Below the pieces are notes generated by a model. That model did no database searches, was not told where the DNA came from, and saw nothing but the letters and a program-made list of their open reading frames with translations. Below, one piece after another: positions 38,652-45,994 of a stretch of 45,994 nt of DNA (the first letter of the stretch is position 1; every line of letters starts with the position of its first letter). The stretch comes from Gammaproteobacteria bacterium (lineage in GTDB: Bacteria > Pseudomonadota > Gammaproteobacteria > Magnimaribacterales > D2472), in assembly GCA_965656035.1 (NCBI GenBank), contig CBFHIO010000002.1, positions 1-45,994 of the forward strand, written 5' to 3'. The translations under genes and the position numbers were made by a program.

Positions 38652-39022
38652 TCTTTCTTATTTTTTTTTAATACTTTTTCTTCAATAGCCTCTATATCAA
38701 AATTATCATCAGCATTATTTACCGAACCAATGCTTTCATCTTTTTTACTAAGATCTATCGAGGGTTTTTTTAGCTCTATTATTAAATCTCTTTGATCTTT
38801 TTTGAGCAATTCATCATAACAATCGCTTTGGTCATAAATTTCTCTTGTTTCGCCTTTTTTATTTATTGGTGTTGGTCTTTGTGGAGAGGGCAGCTGCATG
38901 CATTTTATGATTTGAACAGGAGAATTAAAGCTATTATCAGCATTCAATTCCTCAAGTTCTGTTGGAGATATTAAGCAACCTTGAATCAAAAAAATTGATA
39001 AAAGTAATGATATTTTTTTCAC
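38636..39022 (-). CDS. small lipoprotein, unknown function
   Basis: 128 aa. [16 protein letters not shown] has a lipobox-like signal, and the rest is acidic and lysine-rich. Its start overlaps the acs stop by 4 nt. Confidence 0.5.
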   Translation of the reverse strand: MKKISLLLSIFLIQGCLISPTELEELNADNSFNSPVQIIKCMQLPSPQRPTPINKKGETREIYDQSDCYDELLKKDQRDLIIELKKPSIDLSKKDESIGSVNNADDNFDIEAIEEKVLKKNKKDQDNI

Positions 39023-40944
39023 AAGGATCGCCTATTTTCTATTAAAGATTTAACAACAGAGGGGTCAGCCAAGGTTGTAGTATCGCCTAGATTAGCTAAA
39101 TCACCTTCAGCAATCTTTCTTAAAATTCTTCTCATGATTTTTCCAGATCTTGTCTTTGGAAGACCTGGTGCGTTTTGAATAAGATCAGGTTTTGCGATAG
39201 CACCAATTTCTTTCGCTACAAACATTTTTACGTCCTGCTCAAAGTTCTCAGGGAATGATTCGCCAATCATTAATGTAATGTAAGCGTATATCCCTTGACC
39301 TTTTATGGGATGGTCAAAACCAACAACCGCAGCCTCAGCAATTTTTGGATGAAGTACTAATGCACTTTCAATTTCAGCGGTTCCCAGCCTATGGCCCGAT
39401 ACGTTTAAAACATCATCAACCCTTCCAGTGATCCAAAAATAACCGTCTTTATCTCTTCTTGCTCCATCACCTGTAAAGTAAATATCTTTGTACGTGCTAA
39501 AGTAAGTAGCAATCATTCTTTTATGATCACCATAAACACTTCTAATTTGGCTTGGCCATGAATGCTCAATTACTAAATTGCCTGAGTTTTCATTTTGTAG
39601 CGCCTTACCTGTCTCGTCATATAGTTCAGGCTTAACACCAAAGAAGGGCAGGGTGGCTGACCCTGGTTTTGTTGGAGTTACACCAGCAATTGGAGTAATT
39701 AATACTGATCCAGTTTCAGTTTGCCACCAAGTATCTATAATCTCGCAATTAGATTTTCCAACTATTCTGTAATACCAATCCCATGCTTCTGGATTTATAG
39801 GCTCGCCAACAGTTCCAAGTATTCTTAAGCTATCTCTCTTGGTTTTTATGACAGGATCATCACCTTGAGCCATTAAAGCTCTGATAGCTGTTGGAGCAGT
39901 ATAAAAGATACTAATCTCATGCTTATCACATATCTCCCAACATCTTGATGCAGATGGATATGTTGGCACACCCTCAAACATTAAAGTGGTTGCGCCATTG
40001 GATAACGGCCCATATAAAATATAAGTATGGCCCGTAATCCAGCCAACATCAGCAGTGCACCAGTATTTATCTTCAGGTTTAATTCCAAATATATATTTAA
40101 AACTTGCATGAGCTCCCAGTAAATATCCTGCAGTTGAATGAAGGACACCCTTTGGTTTACCGGTTGAGCCAGAAGTATAAAGTATGAAAAGAGGGTCTTC
40201 AGAATTCATGGACTCTGGTTCACATTCAGTGCTAACGTCATTTACAAGATCCTCGTACCAGGCGTCTCTATTGGGATGCCAATTTATATCATTAGCTGTT
40301 CTTTTTATAACCAATGTACTTTTTACATTTGGACATCCAGCCAATGCTTCATCAACGTTTGCTTTTAAGGGAATAGTTTTTCCACCTCTCACTCCCTCAT
40401 CTGCTGTTATTACAATTCTGCAATCAGCATCAAGAATCCTGTCTTTTAAAGACTCTGGTGAAAATCCACCAAACACAACTGAGTGGATAGCCCCAATTCT
40501 TGTGCAAGCTAGCATCGCATAAGCAACTTCAACTACCATCGGCATGTATATACAAACTCGCGAACCCTTTTTTACTCCAAGTTTCTTTAATACATTTGCA
40601 AACTTACAAACTTCATCATGAAGCTCTTGATAGGATATTTCTTTAGAGTCGTTTGGATTATCACCTTCCCAAATTATGGCTATTTTTTCTGCACTTTTTT
40701 CTAGGTGCCTATCAATACAATTAATACTAATATTAGTTTTTCCACCTTCAAACCATTTTGTTTCTGCAAATTCACCGTTATGAACAGAATCAAAATCTTC
40801 TATCCATTGAATGTTTTCTCTTGCGAGATTTCCAAAAAAATCTTGAGGATGATTGATAGATTGTTGATACAGCTTGTTATATTCATCAAGATCTTTTATG
40901 AACGGGTTAGTTCCTTCTTTGGGATAAAAAATGTTCTCTGGCAT
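39019..40944 (-). CDS. acs: acetyl-CoA synthetase
   Basis: 641 aa with the [14 protein letters not shown]-binding motif and the C-terminal [11 protein letters not shown] motif. Confidence 0.97.
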   Translation of the reverse strand: MPENIFYPKEGTNPFIKDLDEYNKLYQQSINHPQDFFGNLARENIQWIEDFDSVHNGEFAETKWFEGGKTNISINCIDRHLEKSAEKIAIIWEGDNPNDSKEISYQELHDEVCKFANVLKKLGVKKGSRVCIYMPMVVEVAYAMLACTRIGAIHSVVFGGFSPESLKDRILDADCRIVITADEGVRGGKTIPLKANVDEALAGCPNVKSTLVIKRTANDINWHPNRDAWYEDLVNDVSTECEPESMNSEDPLFILYTSGSTGKPKGVLHSTAGYLLGAHASFKYIFGIKPEDKYWCTADVGWITGHTYILYGPLSNGATTLMFEGVPTYPSASRCWEICDKHEISIFYTAPTAIRALMAQGDDPVIKTKRDSLRILGTVGEPINPEAWDWYYRIVGKSNCEIIDTWWQTETGSVLITPIAGVTPTKPGSATLPFFGVKPELYDETGKALQNENSGNLVIEHSWPSQIRSVYGDHKRMIATYFSTYKDIYFTGDGARRDKDGYFWITGRVDDVLNVSGHRLGTAEIESALVLHPKIAEAAVVGFDHPIKGQGIYAYITLMIGESFPENFEQDVKMFVAKEIGAIAKPDLIQNAPGLPKTRSGKIMRRILRKIAEGDLANLGDTTTLADPSVVKSLIENRRSL

Positions 40945-40950
40945 TGATAT

Positions 40951-41616
40951 CTATATGATTGAAGGCTGAGGGTTTATAAAGTTTTTACCTTTAGGATTAG
41001 ACATTATCGTTGTTATAAGTGATTCATAATCAGCATCGTTCGACTCTAAATTTATATCAGCAGCGTTAATAATAAGCAAAGGAGCATCATTATAATCAAG
41101 AAAAAATCTTGAATAAGCATCATTAAGTTTTTCTAAGTATTCCAAAGTTAAGTATTGCTCATTAATGTTTCCTCTTTTTGTAATTCTTTCTTTTAATACA
41201 CCTATCGGCGCTTGCAAGTAGATCACGAGATCAGGAGATGGAGCATCAAGTGTAATATGGTCATAGACTTTATCATAAAGATCCATTTCTTCATTAGAGA
41301 GCGTAACTTCTGCAAATAGCCTATCTTTCTCTATTAAAAAATCAGCAACCCTAACAGTCTGAAACAGGCTTCTTTGCTTGAGGTCTTGAATCTGTTGCAT
41401 TCTTTGAAATAAGAAAAATAGCTGAGTAGCTAGAGCAGACTGACTTGGATTTCTATAGAAATTTTTAAGAAATGGATTTTCAGCTGGCTGCTCTAAAAAA
41501 GCATCATAATTAAAGGTGGTAGCTATTTTATTTGCTAAAGTTGTTTTACCAACACCGATTGGCCCTTCAATTGCGATATATTTAGGAAGTGGAACTTCTT
41601 TAATAGCTGGCTTCAT
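40951..41616 (-). CDS. deoxynucleoside kinase family protein
   Basis: 221 aa with the IAIEGPIGVGKTTLA P-loop, a dNK-like ERS/DR region and a lid (ERITKRG). Confidence 0.75.
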   Translation of the reverse strand: MKPAIKEVPLPKYIAIEGPIGVGKTTLANKIATTFNYDAFLEQPAENPFLKNFYRNPSQSALATQLFFLFQRMQQIQDLKQRSLFQTVRVADFLIEKDRLFAEVTLSNEEMDLYDKVYDHITLDAPSPDLVIYLQAPIGVLKERITKRGNINEQYLTLEYLEKLNDAYSRFFLDYNDAPLLIINAADINLESNDADYESLITTIMSNPKGKNFINPQPSII

Positions 41617-41642
41617 TATTTACAAATTATTTTTATTCTAGA

Positions 41643-42878
41643 TTATCTCAACTCGTTATAGAAGCCAAATATTTTGGAAGAATCTGTATCATTTTTTTCG
41701 TTCATTCTTGTAATTAATGAACCTCTTAGAGAGTCATCATTTTTTTGAAAATCAGTCCACCATTTTCCTAACCCACTCTTATCAGAGGTAGCTTTTTCTC
41801 TTACTAGAAGGAAATCATACGCGGCCCTGAACCTTGGATGTCTTATTGTTTTATATGGCTGGCTTTTAATTCTGCTATGAAGTTTAAGTTGAAGAACCCA
41901 TATATCCTTTATGTAGCTATTGAATTTTCTTGGAATGGCTGTGAGCTTTTGTTGCTCCCTTAGTACCCCGTCCATACATCTGAAGAACTTTCTGATATCA
42001 ATTTCATTATTTTTTATACATCTAGAAATTAATGTTGGCCATAACAATGCTGCTAGCAAGAACCCGGGAGTAACAGATTGATTGTTTTTTATTCTGTCAT
42101 CTGTATTCCTTAAAGCTTGGGTTATAACATTGTATGAAAAATCGCTGTCATTAGGATTAGATAAGATTAAGTACTTATTTAGATCATATGAGCACAGCTT
42201 ATTGAAATTTTTTTCTCCCATGCCTCCTAAAAATATTTTACAAAATTCATCAAACAATCTTGCGTTTGAGATACTCGACAATAAATGGCCTTTATCATAA
42301 ATAGCATTTTTAATTTGACCATCTATTTTAAAGCCTAGCTTATTACTGAATCTTATGGCTCTTAGACTTCTTACAGGATCTTCTTCAAATCTTATTTGAG
42401 GGTCCCCAATCGATACGATTATTTTTTTATGGATATGACTTAAACCATTATTTTTATCTTCTATTTTTTTTGAAATAGGACAGTAATAAAGGGCATTTAT
42501 TGTAAAGTCTCTTCGATGACAATCTTGATCTAGAGTTCCCCAAACATTATCTCTAAGAATTTTGCCACTTTCATCTTTAATTAATTTGGACTCATCTTCA
42601 GTTTCATTATTGCCTGATCTGAATGTGGCCACTTCAAGAAGCTCTGATCTATTAAAAACATGTACAAGTTTGAATCGCTTACCAATAATTCTTGAAGCTT
42701 TAAATATTTTTCTAATTTGTTCAGGTGTAGCATTTGTAGCAATATCAAAATCCTTGGGTTCTATACCAGCAAGAGCATCTCTGACACACCCACCAACTAG
42801 ATATGCTTGAAAGTTATTTTTTTGTAATTCTGAAACAACAGATATAGCAAATTTGCTTATTTTTGTATTGTCAATCAA
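41643..42878 (-). CDS. pcnB: poly(A) polymerase I
   Basis: 411 aa with LVGGCVRDALAG..PKDFDIATNA. The start is TTG, and the gene lies downstream of dksA as in E. coli. Confidence 0.9.
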   Translation of the reverse strand: MIDNTKISKFAISVVSELQKNNFQAYLVGGCVRDALAGIEPKDFDIATNATPEQIRKIFKASRIIGKRFKLVHVFNRSELLEVATFRSGNNETEDESKLIKDESGKILRDNVWGTLDQDCHRRDFTINALYYCPISKKIEDKNNGLSHIHKKIIVSIGDPQIRFEEDPVRSLRAIRFSNKLGFKIDGQIKNAIYDKGHLLSSISNARLFDEFCKIFLGGMGEKNFNKLCSYDLNKYLILSNPNDSDFSYNVITQALRNTDDRIKNNQSVTPGFLLAALLWPTLISRCIKNNEIDIRKFFRCMDGVLREQQKLTAIPRKFNSYIKDIWVLQLKLHSRIKSQPYKTIRHPRFRAAYDFLLVREKATSDKSGLGKWWTDFQKNDDSLRGSLITRMNEKNDTDSSKIFGFYNELR

Positions 42879-42903
42879 GAGATATTATGAGGGTTAATGA
42901 GCA

Positions 42904-43440
42904 TTAACCATGTAATTGTTTTTCTTTAATCTCATCAAGAGTCTTACAATCAATACAATGTGTAGCTGTAGGTCTAGCCTCAAGTCTTTTAATGCCTATT
43001 TCGCACCCACAAGAATCGCACCAGCCATAGTCGTCTTGTTTAATTTTTTCTAAAGATACTGCAATCTTGCTAATAAGTTTTCTTTCTCTGTCCCTGGTTC
43101 TTAGTTCGAAAGCAAACTCTTCTTCTTGAGATGCTCTATCTACAGGGTCCGCATATGTTTCACCCTTTGCCTTAAGATGATCAAATGTTTTTTGCATTTC
43201 ATCTATCAAATGCTCTTTCCATAACAGTAACACTTCTACGAAATGCCTTTTCATGGCGGCGCTCATATATTTTTCATTCTTTTTTGACTTATACGGAGCA
43301 ATCTTAGATTTATTATTTGCAATCTTTTGCGGAGCTTTTTTTGCTGCTGTTTTTTTAGTAGCTACCTTTTTAACAACTTTTTTTACTGTTGCTTTTTTGG
43401 TAGTAGTTTTTTTTGATGTCGCTGTCTTAGTTTTTGCCAT
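42904..43440 (-). CDS. dksA: RNA polymerase-binding transcription factor DksA with a Lys/Ala/Thr-rich N-terminal extension
   Basis: 178 aa. The core has DPVDRASQEEEF (coiled-coil tip Asp residues) and the zinc finger CDSCGCEIG...RPTATHCIDC. The first 48 aa or so read AKTKTATSKKTTTKKATVKKVVKKVATKKTAAKKAPQK. Confidence 0.9.
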   Translation of the reverse strand: MAKTKTATSKKTTTKKATVKKVVKKVATKKTAAKKAPQKIANNKSKIAPYKSKKNEKYMSAAMKRHFVEVLLLWKEHLIDEMQKTFDHLKAKGETYADPVDRASQEEEFAFELRTRDRERKLISKIAVSLEKIKQDDYGWCDSCGCEIGIKRLEARPTATHCIDCKTLDEIKEKQLHG

Positions 43441-43505
43441 TAGTTTAGTTTAGAATTAATAAGAATTTCAGGGTGGTAAAAAATATCAGAAACCAGATAA
43501 ATAAG

Positions 43506-44507
43506 CTAGCTTTTTCTTATTTTATTTGCAACTTCTTTATACCCGTCTGCGCTTAATCTAGGCCCGAAAGTTTCAACAATTTTAGAGGATGCGAAATTAC
43601 TGAATTCTGCACAAGTTTTTAGATCATTATTTTGAAGATATGCGTGCATAAATGAACCAGCAAACATATCACCAGCGCCATTAGTATCTATTGGTGTAAT
43701 TTTTTCAGCATTTGCATGAATCTCCTCACCATCTTTTATCACAACGCTTCCATCCGCACCCTTCGTAATTATAGTCATATAGGGTTTGTCTTTATAGAAG
43801 TTTATTGCTTCTGCGATATCATTTGCTCTTGAGAAAGCAATAGCCTCATCATCATTGCAAAAAATCATATCAACACCATAAGATACTATCTGATCAAACT
43901 TTTCTTTAAATCCATGAACAATTCCAGCATCAGATAAAGACAGTGCTTTTATCGTATTTTTACCTTTTAAATGCTCCAAGACCGATATAACAGCATTGAA
44001 ATTGTCATCACTAGTTACCATGTATCCTTCTATATAGAATATTTTAGAATTTTCTACTACTTCATAATCAATATCAGCCGAACCTAAAAAAGCACTCACA
44101 CCCAACATGCTACTCATAGTTCTTTTTGCATCAGGAGTAACTAAGATTAAACATTTTCCAGTAGGGACGTCAGAGTTTTCTGAGCTTATGCCTATGTGAT
44201 GTACTCCTGCTGATCTTAAACTTTCTATATATTTTCTGCCATCTTCGTCATCTGAGACACGACAAACATGATGACATTTTGAACCATAGTTTGCAGCCGC
44301 AATCAATGAGTTTGTAGCAGAGCCTCCACAATCTGAGACAGATTCTGCCCCCATGCCAATTAACTTCTCTATGATCGGGGCTTGCTCTTCTGCAGAAGCC
44401 AGAGTCATTGAGTCAGCCTCAAGACCCACGCTGGCTAAAAACTCATGACTAACTTTATATTGGGTATCTACAAGGGCATTACCAAGTGCACTAATATCAT
44501 ATTTCAT
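43506..44507 (-). CDS. PfkB-family kinase, probable adenosine kinase
   Basis: 333 aa with GNALVD near the N-terminus and the DTNGAGDMFAG motif. Confidence 0.7.
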   Translation of the reverse strand: MKYDISALGNALVDTQYKVSHEFLASVGLEADSMTLASAEEQAPIIEKLIGMGAESVSDCGGSATNSLIAAANYGSKCHHVCRVSDDEDGRKYIESLRSAGVHHIGISSENSDVPTGKCLILVTPDAKRTMSSMLGVSAFLGSADIDYEVVENSKIFYIEGYMVTSDDNFNAVISVLEHLKGKNTIKALSLSDAGIVHGFKEKFDQIVSYGVDMIFCNDDEAIAFSRANDIAEAINFYKDKPYMTIITKGADGSVVIKDGEEIHANAEKITPIDTNGAGDMFAGSFMHAYLQNNDLKTCAEFSNFASSKIVETFGPRLSADGYKEVANKIRKS

Positions 44508-45802
44508 AATGTAATATTCCTCTTTTTTATTATATTCTTAACAACATCTAACGTATCATTAATTTCTTTGTCCTCATGCATTGAAGAGATAAATCCGGCT
44601 TCGTATTTAGAAGGAGCAAAATATATTCCATTTTTTATACAAGCATTAATAAATGTTGAAAATGCTTGGTCGTTTGTTTTGGATACATCGTTGATATTTG
44701 ATGGGAGTTCCTCAGAAAAAAAGAATCCAAACATGCCTCCAATTTGATTTGTAGAAAAAGGTATTCCGGCAGAGCTCATAATTTCATACATTCCTTCAAG
44801 CATTAATTTTGCTTTTTCTTCTAATTTTTTATAAGGATTATTATCAATTAAAAGGTTAAGCAAAGTTGACCCCGCAGCCATAGCCAACGGATTGCCAGAA
44901 AGTGTTCCAGCTTGATATACAGGACCTTCCGGTGCTAGATAATTCATAATTTCTTTTTTTCCACCAAATGCTCCAACTGGAAGTCCTCCTCCAATTACCT
45001 TGCCTAGAGCAGTAATGTCAGGTGTTATGTTGAAAATTTCTTGTGCTCCGCCAAGTGAGACCCTGAAACCACTCATCACCTCATCGAATATTAGTAGGGA
45101 GTTATTAGATTCTGTGTATGACCTTAATGTTTGCAGAAATTCCTCTGTTCCTGGTACAAAACCCATGTTCCCTGCAATTGGCTCGACAATTACTGCAGCA
45201 AGATCGTCTTTAACACTATTAAAAACCTCTATAAAAGCTGCGCTATCATTATATGGGCATGTAATAGTGTGTTTGGCAAGGTCTTCTGGAATGCCTGGAG
45301 AGTCTGGCAGGCCAAAGGTTAAAACTCCAGACCCGGCCTTTATAAGGAGCGAATCTACATGTCCATGATAGCAGCCATCAAATTTGATTATTTTATCTCT
45401 GTTTGTAAATCCTCTGGCTAGCCTAATTGCACTCATTGTTGCCTCGGTACCAGAATTAACCATTCTTATTTTTTCTATACTAGGAACGTTTTTAATAATT
45501 AATTCAGCAACGCTAGATTCTAGACTGGTCGGCGCTCCATAACTTGTACCCAGTTCAGCTTGCTTTTTTATAGCATTTACTATTTCAGGATGTGAGTGCC
45601 CCATAATCATAGGGCCCCATGAACCAATGTAATCTATGTACTTATTTCCATCAGCATCAAAAAGGTATGCACCTTGCGCCTTTTCAAAAAAAATAGGATT
45701 CCCGTTGATATTTTTGAATGCACGAACCGGTGAATTAACTCCACCTGGCATAAGCGACTTTGCTTGTTCAAAAAGGGCTATAGATTTATCTATCTTATTC
45801 AA
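44504..45802 (-). CDS. hemL: glutamate-1-semialdehyde 2,1-aminomutase
   Basis: 432 aa with PGGVNSPVRAF and the PLP-lysine region ALGKVIGGG. The start is TTG, and the next Met would remove conserved N-terminal residues. Confidence 0.97.
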   Translation of the reverse strand: MNKIDKSIALFEQAKSLMPGGVNSPVRAFKNINGNPIFFEKAQGAYLFDADGNKYIDYIGSWGPMIMGHSHPEIVNAIKKQAELGTSYGAPTSLESSVAELIIKNVPSIEKIRMVNSGTEATMSAIRLARGFTNRDKIIKFDGCYHGHVDSLLIKAGSGVLTFGLPDSPGIPEDLAKHTITCPYNDSAAFIEVFNSVKDDLAAVIVEPIAGNMGFVPGTEEFLQTLRSYTESNNSLLIFDEVMSGFRVSLGGAQEIFNITPDITALGKVIGGGLPVGAFGGKKEIMNYLAPEGPVYQAGTLSGNPLAMAAGSTLLNLLIDNNPYKKLEEKAKLMLEGMYEIMSSAGIPFSTNQIGGMFGFFFSEELPSNINDVSKTNDQAFSTFINACIKNGIYFAPSKYEAGFISSMHEDKEINDTLDVVKNIIKKRNITL

Positions 45803-45855
45803 AATAATTTAACGCTTTAGAGGGCTTATATACGATTCCAGTTATTATAACTCTT

Positions 45856-45994
45856 TTATGTAATTAACTCTCTAGCAAAAGAATCAACCTTGTTCCAATC
45901 AGTAAATTCATAGGTATTTTTTATATTTGTTGGACCCTTTGTCATCCACATAATAAACCTGATCATTTGCTTATCAACAAAATTATATTTTGGA
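45856..45994 (-). CDS. C-terminal 45 codons of an unidentified protein (5' end outside the window)
   Basis: The minus-strand frame open from the window edge reads ...PKYNFVDKQMIRFIMWMTKGPTNIKNTYEFTDWNKVDSFARELIT, with its stop at 45858-45856. I recognise no family. Confidence 0.4.
   Translation of the reverse strand, partial: PKYNFVDKQMIRFIMWMTKGPTNIKNTYEFTDWNKVDSFARELIT

Noticed and set aside
43253-43453. 66-aa plus-strand ORF rich in Phe, Val and Ala
   Set aside because: It is the antisense shadow of the Lys/Ala/Thr-rich dksA tail (AAA/GCx/ACx codons read in reverse). It has no independent support.
1-45994. Search for CRISPR arrays, tRNA/rRNA/tmRNA genes, IS elements, integrases, prophage genes or a compositional island
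   Set aside because: None was seen. There are no spaced direct repeats, no cloverleaf-like GC-rich segments apart from the 6S RNA and the 19.6 kb element, and no transposase or recombinase-like ORFs. Composition looks uniform by eye. The 34.7-39.0 kb block breaks synteny but is not compositionally distinct and has no flanking repeats.

Overview
The window is AT-rich (about one-third G+C by eye) and very tightly packed. I count about 52 protein genes, with many 1-8 nt overlaps between same-strand neighbours and zero-gap or overlapping stop codons between convergent genes. Only three intergenic gaps exceed 100 nt. Gene order is a chain of mini-operons conserved in E. coli and Pseudomonas: metK / tkt-pgk-fba, tatABC-ubiB-ubiJ-ubiE, rsgA / orn, miaB-phoH-ybeY-corC-lnt, MTHFS-ssrS-zapA / pepP-ubiH, rpmE / priA, amiB-tsaE-nnr and dksA-pcnB. 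I infer a streamlined free-living marine gammaproteobacterium, possibly SAR86-like, but that assignment is low confidence. I found no CRISPR array, tRNA or rRNA gene, transposase, integrase, phage gene or recognisable defence system. The ORF track misses four things: a 5'-partial metK at the left edge, a 56-aa tatA, a 6S RNA (ssrS) in the zapA / MTHFS gap, and a partial CDS at the right edge. I do not see a convincing new multi-gene system. Four candidates deserve a second look. (1) A GC-rich, promoter-to-terminator structured RNA with mutually exclusive helices lies in the only unexplained gap (19.5-19.8 kb), followed by a 28-aa membrane sORF and a secreted glutathione peroxidase. (2) The one block that breaks synteny (34.7-39.0 kb) holds a polytopic membrane-anchored paraoxonase-like beta-propeller, an alpha/beta hydrolase, a NUDT19-like Nudix protein, a LACTB2-like MBL protein and a small lipoprotein coupled to acs. 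(3) DksA carries a histone-H1-like Lys/Ala/Thr N-terminal tail. (4) Several streamlining signatures are present: NnrD without its epimerase domain, rpmB without rpmG, a Zn-independent L31 in the priA-adjacent slot, and a class I aldolase in the fba slot. All homology calls come from motif recognition by eye and need database confirmation.
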